64,000 nt of DNA from an uncultured Formosa sp. (GCF_947500765.1 NZ_CANMTH010000011.1:14968-78967), one strand, 5' to 3'; numbered from the stretch's first letter, positions 17,678 to 29,050 are shown. Notes: generated by a model not told the origin, from the letters alone. Numbers and translations are program-made.

Positions 17678-18937
17678 CTAAGTCTTTTGCTTCTTCTTTT
17701 TTGCAGCAGGAAACAAGACATTATTTAGGATTAAACGATATCCTGGAGAAGTAGGATGTAGTTCTAATTCTGTTTTTGGGTCTCCAACTTTATGGGTATA
17801 ATCTTCAGGATCGTGACCACCATAGAATGTAAAGAATCCTTTTCCTTTTATACCGTGTATATATTTTGCTTCACCATTACTTTTATTCTCTCCTAGAATT
17901 AAAACATTCGATTTAATTTCATCGCGTGTAAACGACGTTGTTTGTCCCATAAACCCTTTAACCAAAGCGGTATGATTCTGACACAACATTGTAGGTACAG
18001 GATCCCATTTTGCAGAAAAGTCCATTAATGAAAAATAATCTGCATCTTTTAAAATCCGACGTTTAGACGTCATATCTATAGACGAAAACTCATACACCTT
18101 CGGATTGCGCTCTAAAGTATAATTTGTAAAAGCAAAGGTTTTAGCATAGTCTATCTGTTTCTGATAATTAGGATCGCTCCCATCGCCATCAAACATGGCT
18201 TCACAAATATCGACCCCTTCGGCAGACAACGCAATATCGAAAGAATCGGTCGCACTACACATGGCAAACATAAATCCGCCACCAACCACATAGTCTCTTA
18301 TTTTTAAAGCCACAGCCAATTTCTCATCAGAAACCTTGTTATAACCTAAACGTTTGGCCAAAGCTTCGGCTTCTTTTTTATCTTCTATATACCAAGCAGT
18401 CGTTTTAAAACTATTATAAAACTTACCAAATTGGCCAGTAAAATCTTCATGATGCAAATGCAACCAATCGTAAAGCAGTAAATTATCGTTTAAAACATCT
18501 TCATCGTAAATCGTTGTATACGGAATCTCGGCATAGGTTAACACCATTGTTACGGCATCATCCCAAGGTAATTTTCCTTTAGGTGTATATACTGCTATTT
18601 TTGGTGCTTTTTCTAGTACTACAGCTTCCATATTCTGACTTGGACTCTCTATTAATTCTAGAATTTGCTCTGATTTAGACGTCGATAAGACTTCGAAAGA
18701 CACGCCTCGAATCTGGCATTCTCGTTGAATAGCATCTGTATCTGGTAATAAAAAAGAACCACCTCGATAATTTAACAACCACTTTACTTTAAGTTGTTTA
18801 TCGAGTGCCCAATACGTCATACCATATGCTTTTAAATGATTTTTTTGCCCATCGGCATCCATAGGAATCAGAATATATGATGCAAATGTGTTTGCCGAAA
18901 GCAATAAACAGAATAAGACGAATAGAATGCGTTTCAA
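17678..18937 (-). CDS. Conserved exported Bacteroidota protein with probable class I glutamine-amidotransferase-like fold
   Basis: Signal peptide MKRILFVLFCLLLSANTFA; DWLHLHHEDFTG; GGFMFAMCSATDSFD nucleophile-elbow-like Cys. Confidence 0.6.
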   Translation of the reverse strand: MKRILFVLFCLLLSANTFASYILIPMDADGQKNHLKAYGMTYWALDKQLKVKWLLNYRGGSFLLPDTDAIQRECQIRGVSFEVLSTSKSEQILELIESPSQNMEAVVLEKAPKIAVYTPKGKLPWDDAVTMVLTYAEIPYTTIYDEDVLNDNLLLYDWLHLHHEDFTGQFGKFYNSFKTTAWYIEDKKEAEALAKRLGYNKVSDEKLAVALKIRDYVVGGGFMFAMCSATDSFDIALSAEGVDICEAMFDGDGSDPNYQKQIDYAKTFAFTNYTLERNPKVYEFSSIDMTSKRRILKDADYFSLMDFSAKWDPVPTMLCQNHTALVKGFMGQTTSFTRDEIKSNVLILGENKSNGEAKYIHGIKGKGFFTFYGGHDPEDYTHKVGDPKTELELHPTSPGYRLILNNVLFPAAKKKKQKT

Positions 18938-19070
18938 AATAGGTGTAGATATAATTGAAGTTGAAAGATACTTAATTTTTAATGTGCTTTAAAATACTTT
19001 ATCAAAAGATTAAAGGATCTATTAATTTCGTGTTGGGTTGCGCTTTACTCTCAACCTTAAATTCATATAC

Positions 19071-19113
19071 AAAAAAACCATGAACATTACGTTTAAGTAA
19101 TACTCATGGTTTT
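19071..19113 (-). terminator. dnaB terminator
   Basis: AAAACCATGA..ATTAC/GTAAT..TCATGGTTTT inverted repeat with an A-run on the + strand. Confidence 0.7.
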
Positions 19114-19136
19114 AAAAACGGTGTGTTATTTATATT

Positions 19137-20681
19137 TTAAAACGGTACGTCGTTATCATCGTCTTCGTTCATAGCACTACCAAACGCATCTGTTGGTGTA
19201 GGGAAACTATTTCCTGATGCAAAACCAGAGTCTTCATTAGGATTCGTATTCATTTTACTATGAAACTCGTATGGCGAATCGAAATCGTCTAAATTATCGA
19301 ACTTACCTAAGTTACCGATAAACTTCAATCTAATGTTTTCTAATCCACCATTTCTGTGTTTAGCGATAATAAACTCGGCTTGTCCTTCTGTAGGAGAACG
19401 CTCATCATCATCCCATTCTTCAATTTTATAGTATTCTGGACGATAAATAAACGATACAATATCGGCATCTTGCTCGATCGCACCAGATTCACGAAGGTCG
19501 GAAAGCAGTGGACGTTTAGAACCACCACGGGTTTCAACCGCACGCGACAGCTGAGACAGTGCTATTACAGGCACCATTAATTCTTTCGCTAAAGCCTTTA
19601 AGTTTCGAGAAATCATCGAGATCTCTTGTTCACGGTTTCCTCCATGGCTTGGTCCACCAGTCATTAACTGCAAGTAGTCAATCATGATTAGTTTAATGCC
19701 GTGTTGCGACGATAAACGTCTGGCTTTTGCACGTAAATCGAATATAGAAAGCGATGGGGTATCATCAATAAAAAGTGGTGCTTTTTCAAGTCCTTTTACT
19801 TTTACATTTAATTGCTCCCACTCGTGTTTTTCTAATTTTCCTGTTCTTAATTTTTCTGAAGATAATCCCGTTTCAGAAGATATTAAACGCATAATTAACT
19901 GCACAGAAGCCATCTCTAGGGAGAAAAAGGCAACAGGTATATTTTGATCGACAGCAATATTACGCGCCATAGATAAGGTTAATGCTGTTTTTCCCATCCC
20001 TGGACGAGCCGCTACGATAATTAAATCGGAAGGTTGCCATCCCGAGGTTAATTTATCTAGCTTATCGAATCCGGTAGGAATACCACTTAACCCTTCTTTA
20101 TTTGATATTTCTTCAATCTTTTTCTTGGCTTGAATTACCAAGTCTTGTGCCGTTTCACTCGACTTTTTAATGTTCCCTTGGGTAACTTCGTATAGTTTGG
20201 TTTCGGCAGCATCTAGTAAGTCGAAAACATCTTTGGTTTCATCGTAAGCTTCTTCAATAATTTCAGAAGAAATTTTAATCAAACTACGCTGAATAAATTT
20301 CTGTAAAATAATACGTGCATGGAATTCGATATGCGCTGAAGAAGACACCTTTTGAGTTAACGAAATCAGGTAAAAATCGCCTCCTGCAACATCTAGCTTA
20401 GCATTCTTCTTTAATTGACTAGAAACGGTTAATAAGTCAATAGGTTCACTGTTCTCGAACAGTTGAAATATAGCTTCAAAAATGTATTGATGCGACTCTT
20501 TATAAAATGCATCTGCACTAAGAATATCGATAACCTCATCGACACCTTTTTTATCAATCATCATCGCTCCAAGTACAACTTCCTCTAAATCAAGAGCCTG
20601 AGGTGGTATTTTACCACGTTCTAAATTGATTAAAGTGCTTTTATCCACTTTATATCCTTGTAATTGATTGGGTTGTTTCAT
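19137..20681 (-). CDS. dnaB: Replicative DNA helicase
   Basis: AARPGMGKT, FFSLEM, IDYLQLM, ALSQLSRAVE, SDLRESGAIEQDAD; no intein. Confidence 0.98.
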   Translation of the reverse strand: MKQPNQLQGYKVDKSTLINLERGKIPPQALDLEEVVLGAMMIDKKGVDEVIDILSADAFYKESHQYIFEAIFQLFENSEPIDLLTVSSQLKKNAKLDVAGGDFYLISLTQKVSSSAHIEFHARIILQKFIQRSLIKISSEIIEEAYDETKDVFDLLDAAETKLYEVTQGNIKKSSETAQDLVIQAKKKIEEISNKEGLSGIPTGFDKLDKLTSGWQPSDLIIVAARPGMGKTALTLSMARNIAVDQNIPVAFFSLEMASVQLIMRLISSETGLSSEKLRTGKLEKHEWEQLNVKVKGLEKAPLFIDDTPSLSIFDLRAKARRLSSQHGIKLIMIDYLQLMTGGPSHGGNREQEISMISRNLKALAKELMVPVIALSQLSRAVETRGGSKRPLLSDLRESGAIEQDADIVSFIYRPEYYKIEEWDDDERSPTEGQAEFIIAKHRNGGLENIRLKFIGNLGKFDNLDDFDSPYEFHSKMNTNPNEDSGFASGNSFPTPTDAFGSAMNEDDDNDVPF

Positions 20682-20793
20682 AAGTGCGAAAGTAACTAAA
20701 ATGATGTTATTAATACATGATTTTTAATGGTTGATGTTAACGATTAGTCAACATCTTAACTGTTAATAACTTATATATTTTGTTAATAACCAT

Positions 20794-20825
20794 AAAAAAA
20801 TCTGAAGCGAGATGGCTTCAGATTT
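20794..20825 (-). terminator. accA terminator
   Basis: AAATCTGAAGC-GAGATG-GCTTCAGATTT with A-run. Confidence 0.8.
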
Positions 20826-20848
20826 ATAACATTGGGGTATAGAAAGGT

Positions 20849-21802
20849 TTAATCTTTATAGACACCCATATTTTCGTATTTAGCCATTCTCTTTTTTACT
20901 AAATCTTTTGGTGATAAGTTTTTAAGTTCATCGAAAGATTTTATAATAGCAGTTCTAACGATCTCGAATGTTTGTTTACGATCTGTGTGTGCACCACCAA
21001 TTGGTTCTTTCACAATTTCGTCTACTAACTTTTGTTTTTTCATATCTGAAGCCGTTAATTTTAACGCTTCTGCTGCTTGTTCTTTATATTCCCAACTACG
21101 CCATAAAATAGAAGAACAAGATTCTGGTGAAATTACAGAATACCATGTATTTTCTAACATCAATACACGGTCTCCTACACCAATACCTAATGCACCACCG
21201 GAAGCACCTTCACCAATAATTATCGTAATAATTGGTACTTTTAAACGGGTCATCTCTAAAATATTTCTAGCGATAGCTTCTCCTTGTCCGCGTTCTTCAG
21301 CTTCTAAACCTGGATATGCACCTGGAGTATCAATTAAAGTTACTACAGGAATTCCAAACTTTTCGGCAGATTTCATTAAACGTAAAGCTTTACGATAACC
21401 TTCAGGGTTTGGCATCCCAAAATTTCTAAACTGTCTTGTTTTGGTATTAAATCCTTTTTGTTGTCCGATAAACATATAACTTTGGTCGCCAATTTTACCT
21501 AGCCCACCAATCATTGCTTTATCGTCCTTTACATTTCTATCTCCATGAATTTCAAGGAAAGATTCTCCGCAAAGGGCTTTAATATAATCTAAAGTGTAAG
21601 GTCTGTCTGGATGTCTAGACATCATTACACGTTGCCAAGGTGTTAAGTTTTTATATATTTCTTTCTTAGTCTCGATAAGCTTTTTCTCAATCTGCTTACA
21701 AGTCTCTGATACGTCTACATCACTTTCCTTACCTATAATCTCGCATTTATCTAATTGCTCTTCTAGCTCTTTTATAGGAAGTTCAAATTCTAAATATTCC
21801 AT
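20849..21802 (-). CDS. accA: Acetyl-CoA carboxylase carboxyltransferase alpha subunit
   Basis: [45 protein letters not shown]. Confidence 0.97.
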   Translation of the reverse strand: MEYLEFELPIKELEEQLDKCEIIGKESDVDVSETCKQIEKKLIETKKEIYKNLTPWQRVMMSRHPDRPYTLDYIKALCGESFLEIHGDRNVKDDKAMIGGLGKIGDQSYMFIGQQKGFNTKTRQFRNFGMPNPEGYRKALRLMKSAEKFGIPVVTLIDTPGAYPGLEAEERGQGEAIARNILEMTRLKVPIITIIIGEGASGGALGIGVGDRVLMLENTWYSVISPESCSSILWRSWEYKEQAAEALKLTASDMKKQKLVDEIVKEPIGGAHTDRKQTFEIVRTAIIKSFDELKNLSPKDLVKKRMAKYENMGVYKD

Positions 21803-21866
21803 ACCAAATGAAGGTTTTGTTTTTTAGTTAGCCTACAAATATAAAAACTTTAGCGTTGATATTTTG

Positions 21867-22763
21867 TTAAGACTCTTTTCTTTTTAAAGCTTTCCAATTT
21901 TTAAATAAACCGTTAAGCACTACAGCACCTAAAATAAAAGCAGCACCGAAGTAAAAATTGGTCGACATTTTTTCTTTCTCTGGGAATAATATTATCGCTA
22001 AAATAATACCGTAAATAGGTTCTAAATTAAAGGTAAGCATTACGGTATATGGACTAACATGTTCCATGATTTTTACTGAAGCAATAAAGGCATAAGCAGT
22101 ACATACTGAGGCTAGAATAAACAAATACCACAAATCGGATTCTGCAACATTAAAAAAATCTTGATTAAAGCCTGAACCAAATAATGCTATAAATAAAGTG
22201 ATGAATAGTACCCCACTAATAAACTCGTAAATGGAGATTACCGAAGGGCGATATTGCTTCACAAATTTACCATTTAAAACAGCAAATAAAGCCGATAAAA
22301 ATGCTGAAGTAATTCCTAATATTATACCTTCAATATACTGAAGTTCGCTTTGAGTGATTAAAAAAACACCCAAAACAACCACTATTCCAAACACCATTTC
22401 GTATTTAATGATTTTCCGTTTATGAATAATAGGTTCTAAAATAGAGGCAAAAAAAGCCCCCGAAGATACCATGGATAATGTAATGGAAATGTTTGATACT
22501 TTTATAGCTCCAAAAAAAGTGATCCAATGTAAAGCAATAATAATACCTGCAAACGCAAATCTAAGAATTGTTTTTGGAGGCACTTTAATAGGAATACGTT
22601 TAACACGAATGTATATATACATTAATACTGTAGCCATAAGCATACGGTACCACACTAAAGGAATAGCATCTATGGTAATTAACTCGCCTAATATAGCCGT
22701 AAACCCTGCTATAAACACCAACAGGTGCATATGCAGATAATTAAGTAATTTAACGTCTCGCAT
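21867..22763 (-). CDS. DMT/EamA family transporter
   Basis: About 10 TM segments in two EamA-like halves; NLEPIYGI. Confidence 0.85.
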   Translation of the reverse strand: MRDVKLLNYLHMHLLVFIAGFTAILGELITIDAIPLVWYRMLMATVLMYIYIRVKRIPIKVPPKTILRFAFAGIIIALHWITFFGAIKVSNISITLSMVSSGAFFASILEPIIHKRKIIKYEMVFGIVVVLGVFLITQSELQYIEGIILGITSAFLSALFAVLNGKFVKQYRPSVISIYEFISGVLFITLFIALFGSGFNQDFFNVAESDLWYLFILASVCTAYAFIASVKIMEHVSPYTVMLTFNLEPIYGIILAIILFPEKEKMSTNFYFGAAFILGAVVLNGLFKNWKALKRKES

Positions 22764-23826
22764 TATATAATAGGTAGGCGGCTAGCACCCCAAAAATAAT
22801 ATTAGGAAACCATACAGCTACCAATGGTGAAAAATCGGACTGCTCTGCCATAACACCAAATATTTTGTCGAAGAAGACAAAAACCATGGCTATACTAACA
22901 CCAAAGGCAAGGTTAACTCCCATACCTCCACGGCGTTTTTTAGACGATACCGCAACGGCGATAATAGTTAATATATATACTGAAACAGGTAAACTCCACT
23001 TTCTAAATTTCACTAACTCGTAACGGCCAATACTGGAAGATCCTCTTCGTTTTTCTTTTTCTATAAACTGATTTAAATCGCGATAGTTTAACGTCTCGGC
23101 AATATATTCTAGAGGTGTTAAATCTTCTAAATCGAAACTAAAAATAGTGTCTTTACGGCGTTTTGTTTCAAAAACATCGTCATTCTCTCCCACTGTGCGT
23201 TTCACATAATCTACCATACGATACACGGAGTCTTTTTCTATATAACGAATATTTCTAGCACTCATTTTATAAACTAACTTATTATCTACAACATGTTCTA
23301 GAGAAAAGTTTTGTCCCATTCTGTTCTTGGCATCAAAACTACTTACGTAAATAAAATCGTGATCGTTAATTTGTCGGTACACACTCCCCGTTTCTACTGC
23401 TTTCTTATTATTTTTAAAGTATTTATAATCAAAATCATTAAACCCCTTACTCGCTTCGGGAGCTAAATACATTCCTAAAAATAATGCTAAAATAGCAACC
23501 ACGGTTGCCCCAATCATATAAGGACGTAAGAATCTAGAAAAAGATACTCCTGAACTTAAGATGGCTATAACCTCTGTATTATTTGCTAATTTAGATGTGA
23601 AAAAAATCACGGAAAGGAATAAAAATAACGGAAATAAAAGGTGAGCGAAATAAATGGTGAAATCTAAATAAAATAAAGCCACCTCGACAAAAGGCACTTC
23701 TTTTTCTAAAATTTTACCAATTTTTTCAGCTAAATTCACGGTAATTCCAATAGGAATAAACAGCAACAACATCATTAAAAATGTGAGCAAATACCGTTTT
23801 AATATGTACCAATCTAATATCTTCAA
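22750..23826 (-). CDS. LptF/LptG family LPS export permease
   Basis: KILDWYILKRYL, NTEVIAILSSGVSFSRFLRP, KRRGGMG, AVWFPNIIF. Confidence 0.9.
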   Translation of the reverse strand: MKILDWYILKRYLLTFLMMLLLFIPIGITVNLAEKIGKILEKEVPFVEVALFYLDFTIYFAHLLFPLFLFLSVIFFTSKLANNTEVIAILSSGVSFSRFLRPYMIGATVVAILALFLGMYLAPEASKGFNDFDYKYFKNNKKAVETGSVYRQINDHDFIYVSSFDAKNRMGQNFSLEHVVDNKLVYKMSARNIRYIEKDSVYRMVDYVKRTVGENDDVFETKRRKDTIFSFDLEDLTPLEYIAETLNYRDLNQFIEKEKRRGSSSIGRYELVKFRKWSLPVSVYILTIIAVAVSSKKRRGGMGVNLAFGVSIAMVFVFFDKIFGVMAEQSDFSPLVAVWFPNIIFGVLAAYLLYNARR

Positions 23827-23828
23827 GA

Positions 23829-24959
23829 CTATAGTCTATTATCCATTTGTTTAACCATCATATCCTTCCAAACTTTAAAATCTCCAGCTAAGATATGTTT
23901 TCTCGCTTCACGAACCAACCACAAATAGAATCCTAAATTATGAATGGTTGCAATTTGCTTTCCTAATAATTCATTTACAGAAAATAAATGTTTTAAATAG
24001 GCTTTAGAATATTCTGTATCTACAAAAGTGATACCCATTTCATCAATAGGAGAAAAATCGTCTTCCCACTTTTTATTTTTTATGTTTATTGAACCGTAAG
24101 CCGTAAATAGCATCCCGTTTCTGGCATTACGCGTTGGCATAACACAGTCGAACATATCTACACCTAAAGCTATATTTTCTAAAATATTTATTGGCGTTCC
24201 CACTCCCATTAAATAACGGGGTTTATCTTCCGGAAGAATGTCTGTTACAATCTCTGTCATTTCGTACATTTCCTCGGCAGGTTCTCCTACAGACAAACCT
24301 CCTATGGCGTTACCTTCGGCTCCAACTCCTGCAATATATTCTGCAGATTGTTTACGTAAGTCTTTATAGGTACTACCTTGAACTATTGGAAAAAATGTTT
24401 GACCATAGTCGTACTTTAAGGGTGTTTTATCTAAATGCGTTAAACAACGTTCTAACCAACGATGTGTCATATGCATAGAACGTTTGGCATAATTATATTC
24501 GCAAGGGTAAGGCGTACATTCATCAAATGCCATAATAATATCTGCTCCAATACTTCGTTGAATTTCCATTACATTTTCTGGAGTAAACACGTGGTAACTT
24601 CCATCAATATGCGATTTAAACTTCACCCCTTCTTCTTTTATCTTTCTATTTGAAGACAGAGAATATACTTGATATCCTCCAGAATCGGTTAAGATATTAC
24701 GATCCCAATTCATAAATTTATGCAAACCACCTGCTTTTTCAAGGATTTTGGTTTTTGGGCGTAAGTATAAATGATAAGTATTCCCAAGAATAATGTCGGG
24801 ATTAATATCATCTTTAAGTTCGCGTTGGTGCACCCCTTTTACAGAACCTACGGTTCCTACGGGCATAAAAATTGGTGTTTCTATTTTACCATGGTCTGTC
24901 GTTATTACTCCAGCTCTGGCTTTACTTTGTGGGTCTTTGGCTTTTAAGTCGAATATCAT
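23829..24959 (-). CDS. tgt: tRNA-guanine transglycosylase
   Basis: ETPIFMPVGT, NTYHL, TDSGGYQV, GGLSVGE, YLMGVG, DCVMPTRNAR; start at MIFDL. Confidence 0.97.
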   Translation of the reverse strand: MIFDLKAKDPQSKARAGVITTDHGKIETPIFMPVGTVGSVKGVHQRELKDDINPDIILGNTYHLYLRPKTKILEKAGGLHKFMNWDRNILTDSGGYQVYSLSSNRKIKEEGVKFKSHIDGSYHVFTPENVMEIQRSIGADIIMAFDECTPYPCEYNYAKRSMHMTHRWLERCLTHLDKTPLKYDYGQTFFPIVQGSTYKDLRKQSAEYIAGVGAEGNAIGGLSVGEPAEEMYEMTEIVTDILPEDKPRYLMGVGTPINILENIALGVDMFDCVMPTRNARNGMLFTAYGSINIKNKKWEDDFSPIDEMGITFVDTEYSKAYLKHLFSVNELLGKQIATIHNLGFYLWLVREARKHILAGDFKVWKDMMVKQMDNRL

Positions 24960-25221
24960 GTTCAAAAAATCATCAGTCGGCAAATATAATTAACTCGCTG
25001 TGATATGTATTGGTATTTAAAAAAAATTAAGAATCATTACTATAATAATCTTTTTATATGTTCAATTTGAGAGGGTTTACAGTCAAAATTACTAAAAACA
25101 ATTCGCATGTAATTAAGAATAGAGGCCTTTAAGTAAACCTTTACGCAAATTACCAAAATATTAATTTGCTAAACAGACATAAAGGGTTATTTTTGAGCCT
25201 TTAAAAATCAAGTTATAAAAC

Positions 25222-26067
25222 ATGGCTAACACAACAGAATTACAAGATTTAACGACTCAGGTTCGTAGAGATATTCTACGCATGGTACACAAAGTAAACT
25301 CTGGTCACCCAGGAGGTTCTTTAGGATGCGCAGAATTTTTAGTTGCCCTATACAATGAGGTTATGGACCGTAAAGACGGTTTTGATATGGACGGTTTAAA
25401 CGAGGATTTATTTTTCTTGTCTAACGGACACATCTCTCCTGTATTTTACAGTGTACTTGCACATGCTGGATATTTCCCAGTTGAAGAATTAAGCACTTTT
25501 AGATTAATTAATTCTAGATTACAAGGACACCCAACTACTCACGAAGGTTTACCTGGAGTACGTATTGCATCTGGTTCTTTAGGCCAAGGTATGTCTGTAG
25601 CAATTGGTGCTGCACAAGCTAAGAAATTAAATGGGGACAATAAATTAGTTTACACTTTACATGGTGATGGTGAGTTACAAGAAGGCCAAAACTGGGAAGC
25701 GATTATGTATGCTTCAGCAAAAAAGGTAGACAATTTAATTTGTACCATAGATTTAAACGGACAACAAATAGACGGTTCTACAGATACCGTTTTACCAATG
25801 GGTAGCATTGAAGCTAAGTTTTTAGCTTTTGGTTGGGATGTTTTAACTGTTGAAGAAGGAAACGATATAGATGCTATATTAAAAGGTATGGCAGAAGCAA
25901 AAGCATTAACAGGAAAAGGAAAACCCGTTTGTGTATTATTAAAAACCGTTATGGGTAATGGTGTAGATTTTATGATGTACACTCACGCTTGGCACGGTAA
26001 AGCACCTAGCGACGAACAATTAGAAAATGCCTTATCTCAAAATCCTGAAACATTAGGAGACTACTAA
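25222..26067 (+). CDS. Transketolase N-terminal (TPP-binding) subunit
   Basis: SGHPGGSL, LSNGH, SGSLGQG, GDGELQEGQNWEA. Confidence 0.95.
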   Translation: MANTTELQDLTTQVRRDILRMVHKVNSGHPGGSLGCAEFLVALYNEVMDRKDGFDMDGLNEDLFFLSNGHISPVFYSVLAHAGYFPVEELSTFRLINSRLQGHPTTHEGLPGVRIASGSLGQGMSVAIGAAQAKKLNGDNKLVYTLHGDGELQEGQNWEAIMYASAKKVDNLICTIDLNGQQIDGSTDTVLPMGSIEAKFLAFGWDVLTVEEGNDIDAILKGMAEAKALTGKGKPVCVLLKTVMGNGVDFMMYTHAWHGKAPSDEQLENALSQNPETLGDY

Positions 26068-26088
26068 TCTTCACAATCTAAAAAGACA

Positions 26089-27042
26089 ATGAAAACATAC
26101 ACATATACAGAAAAAAAAGATACAAGAAGCGGATTTGGAGCAGGTTTAGCTGAACTTGGAAGAACAAACCCTAATGTTGTGGCTTTATGTGCTGATTTAA
26201 TTGGTTCATTAAAAATGGACGAATTTATTAAAGAAAATCCAGAACGTTTTTTCCAAATTGGTATTGCAGAGGCAAACATGATGGGAATTGCAGCAGGTTT
26301 AACCATTGGTGGAAAAATTCCGTTTACAGGAACTTTTGCAAACTTTTCTACAGGTCGTGTTTACGATCAAATTCGTCAATCTATTGCGTATTCTAATAAG
26401 AATGTGAAAATTTGTGCATCTCACGCGGGTTTAACTTTAGGAGAAGATGGAGCAACCCACCAAATTCTTGAAGATATTGGATTAATGAAAATGTTACCAG
26501 GAATGACGGTTATTAATCCTTGTGATTACAACCAAACAAAAGCAGCAACTATAGCTATTGCAGAATACGATGGTCCTGTTTACTTACGTTTTGGTCGTCC
26601 GTCAGTGCCAATTTTCACACCAGCAGATCAAAAATTTGAAATAGGTAAAGCCCTTCAATTAACAGAAGGAGCAGATGTTACTATTGTAGCAACAGGTCAC
26701 TTAGTTTGGGAAGCCTTAGAAGCTTCAAAAGCATTATACGAAAAAGGAATTTCTGCAGAAGTTATAGATATTCATACCATTAAGCCTTTAGATGCTAAAG
26801 CCATTTTAGATTCTGTTGCAAAAACAAGATGTATTGTAACCGCCGAAGAGCATAATATTCTTGGTGGATTAGGAGAAAGTGTTGCACGTGTATTAGCAAC
26901 TAATAATCCAACACCTCAAGAATTTGTAGGTACAAAAGATACTTTTGGAGAATCTGGAACACCTGCACAGCTTATGGATAAATACCAATTAAATGCAGAA
27001 GCGATTATAAACGCTTGCGAAACGGTTATTAAAAGAAAATAA
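26089..27042 (+). CDS. Transketolase C-terminal subunit
   Basis: [34 protein letters not shown]. Confidence 0.95.
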   Translation: MKTYTYTEKKDTRSGFGAGLAELGRTNPNVVALCADLIGSLKMDEFIKENPERFFQIGIAEANMMGIAAGLTIGGKIPFTGTFANFSTGRVYDQIRQSIAYSNKNVKICASHAGLTLGEDGATHQILEDIGLMKMLPGMTVINPCDYNQTKAATIAIAEYDGPVYLRFGRPSVPIFTPADQKFEIGKALQLTEGADVTIVATGHLVWEALEASKALYEKGISAEVIDIHTIKPLDAKAILDSVAKTRCIVTAEEHNILGGLGESVARVLATNNPTPQEFVGTKDTFGESGTPAQLMDKYQLNAEAIINACETVIKRK

Positions 27043-27090
27043 TTTTGTTAATTTCGCGTTTAATGTAAACATTCATTAAAAACGAAATCT

Positions 27091-27675
27091 ATGAAAAAAA
27101 TAATCATAATGCTTTGTGTTGTTGTAGGAGCCTTACAACTTACATCAGCACAATCTGGTTCAGGTTACGGTATTAAAGGCGGTTTAAACTATAGCTCTAA
27201 CGGAAATTACATTTCCTCTGTAGGCGATCATATAAAACACTCAGACAGAAACATTGGTTTCCATCTGGGTGTTTTTGCTAAGTTTGGTAGCAAACTATAC
27301 TTTAAACCGGAGTTAATGTATACAAAAACCAGTAGCGCATACAATCATACTGATTTAGAAATTCAAAAAATAGATTTACCTGCATTAGTAGGTTTTCGAA
27401 TAATTGGGCCTTTAAGTGTGTTTGCTGGACCTTCATTTCAATATATAATCGATTCTAAATTTGATGACATTGATTATGATAACATTGAAGAAGAACTTAG
27501 CATGGGATTAAATTTTGGTTTTGCTTTAAACATACGTACTATTGGTATTGACTTAAGATATGAACGCGGATTTAACAACAACGAAACTGATTTTATTAAT
27601 AACAACACTTCTAATGACGTAAAGATAGATTCTAGACCAGACCAGCTTATTCTTAGTTTATCTATTAAAATGTAA
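27091..27675 (+). CDS. Outer-membrane beta-barrel (porin/PorT-like) protein, paralog 1
   Basis: Signal peptide, YGIKGGLNYS, KPELMYT, alternating amphipathic strands, C-terminal LSLSIKM. Confidence 0.8.
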   Translation: MKKIIIMLCVVVGALQLTSAQSGSGYGIKGGLNYSSNGNYISSVGDHIKHSDRNIGFHLGVFAKFGSKLYFKPELMYTKTSSAYNHTDLEIQKIDLPALVGFRIIGPLSVFAGPSFQYIIDSKFDDIDYDNIEEELSMGLNFGFALNIRTIGIDLRYERGFNNNETDFINNNTSNDVKIDSRPDQLILSLSIKM

Positions 27676-27844
27676 ATACGGCTTAAATTTCACAGAATTA
27701 ATACAAACAATACCTGAATTTATTTTTAATACTATCAAATTTACAATTCAGCATGAATTCCCCGTTAACCTTCCTAAATCCTCGATAAAAAGAAAATAAT
27801 TTTAGTAGTTTCGTAGACTTAAAACATCATTATACACGACAACT

Positions 27845-28429
27845 ATGATAAAATTAATAATGATGCTTTGTGTTATTGTTGGAACTATTCAGATTTCTTC
27901 AGCACAAAAGGGCACTGGTTTTGGTATTAAAGGGGGAGTAAATTATAGTGCTAACGGTAGTTATATTTCTTCTGTAGGCGAGCATATAAAACACCCAGAT
28001 AGAGACTTTGGTTTTCATCTGGGTGTTTTTGGTAAGTTTGGAAGCAACATTTACCTTAAAACGGAAGTCATGTATACTCAAACCAGTAGCACTTACAACC
28101 AAGACAACTTTAATGTTCAGAAAGTAGATGCACCAGCTTTAATCGGTGTACAATTAATTGGACCTTTAAGTATATTTGCAGGACCAACACTTCAATATGT
28201 TATTGACACGAATTTAAATGACATAAAAGCAGAAGATCGTAGTGAAGATATTACTGTAGGACTTAATTTCGGAATAGCTTTCAACTTTAAACGTATTGGA
28301 ATTGATCTAAGATACGAGCGCGGATTGGAAGATTATGAATTAGAATTTATTACAAACAATGGTTTACATATCGTTACTATAGATTCTAGACCCGATCAAC
28401 TAATCTTAAGTTTATCTTTAAAAATTTAA
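27845..28429 (+). CDS. Outer-membrane beta-barrel protein, paralog 2
   Basis: Same length and motifs as paralog 1 (IDSRPDQLILSLS). Confidence 0.8.
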   Translation: MIKLIMMLCVIVGTIQISSAQKGTGFGIKGGVNYSANGSYISSVGEHIKHPDRDFGFHLGVFGKFGSNIYLKTEVMYTQTSSTYNQDNFNVQKVDAPALIGVQLIGPLSIFAGPTLQYVIDTNLNDIKAEDRSEDITVGLNFGIAFNFKRIGIDLRYERGLEDYELEFITNNGLHIVTIDSRPDQLILSLSLKI

Positions 28430-28654
28430 ATTCAAGAAACCACTTTAATATAAAATTAGCTTTAATAATTATAGACCATTTTTAGGAGTCTTACTATATG
28501 ATATATGACTTACATCTCTGTATTAAAACTGTAATAAAATAGTTAAAGAGACTGCTCGTAATTTCTTTATTGCTTATTTTTGAAGTATAAGTCGCGTAAC
28601 AAATAATATGTTACGTGTTGTGTTTAGTTAAACTACGATTTTTACAATTATAGA

Positions 28655-29050
28655 ATGCGAATAGATAAATATTTATGGTGTGTAAGGTATTACAAGACAA
28701 GAAGTATCGCGACCACAGCATGCAAAAAGGGACATATTAAAGTAAATGGTGCTGTAGTAAAGCCAAGTCGGGACGTATATCCACAAGATAAAATTGAAGT
28801 CCGAAAAGATCAAGTAAACTATAGTTTAAAGATTAACGACTTGCCTGCAAACCGTGTTGGTGCTAAATTGGTAGATATTTACCGTGTAGATACCACACCT
28901 AAAGAAGCTTTCGAGGCTCAAGAGTTATTAAAATATGCTAAAGATTATTATCGTAAAAAAGGAACAGGACGCCCAACCAAAAAAGACCGTAGAGATATAG
29001 ACGACTATCAAGACGATCAGGATGGAGATGCCGTTAAGGAGCATTCTTAA
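28655..29050 (+). CDS. S4-domain RNA-binding protein (Hsp15/HslR-like)
   Basis: MRIDKYLWCVRYYKTRS, GTGRPTKKDRR. Confidence 0.9.
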   Translation: MRIDKYLWCVRYYKTRSIATTACKKGHIKVNGAVVKPSRDVYPQDKIEVRKDQVNYSLKINDLPANRVGAKLVDIYRVDTTPKEAFEAQELLKYAKDYYRKKGTGRPTKKDRRDIDDYQDDQDGDAVKEHS

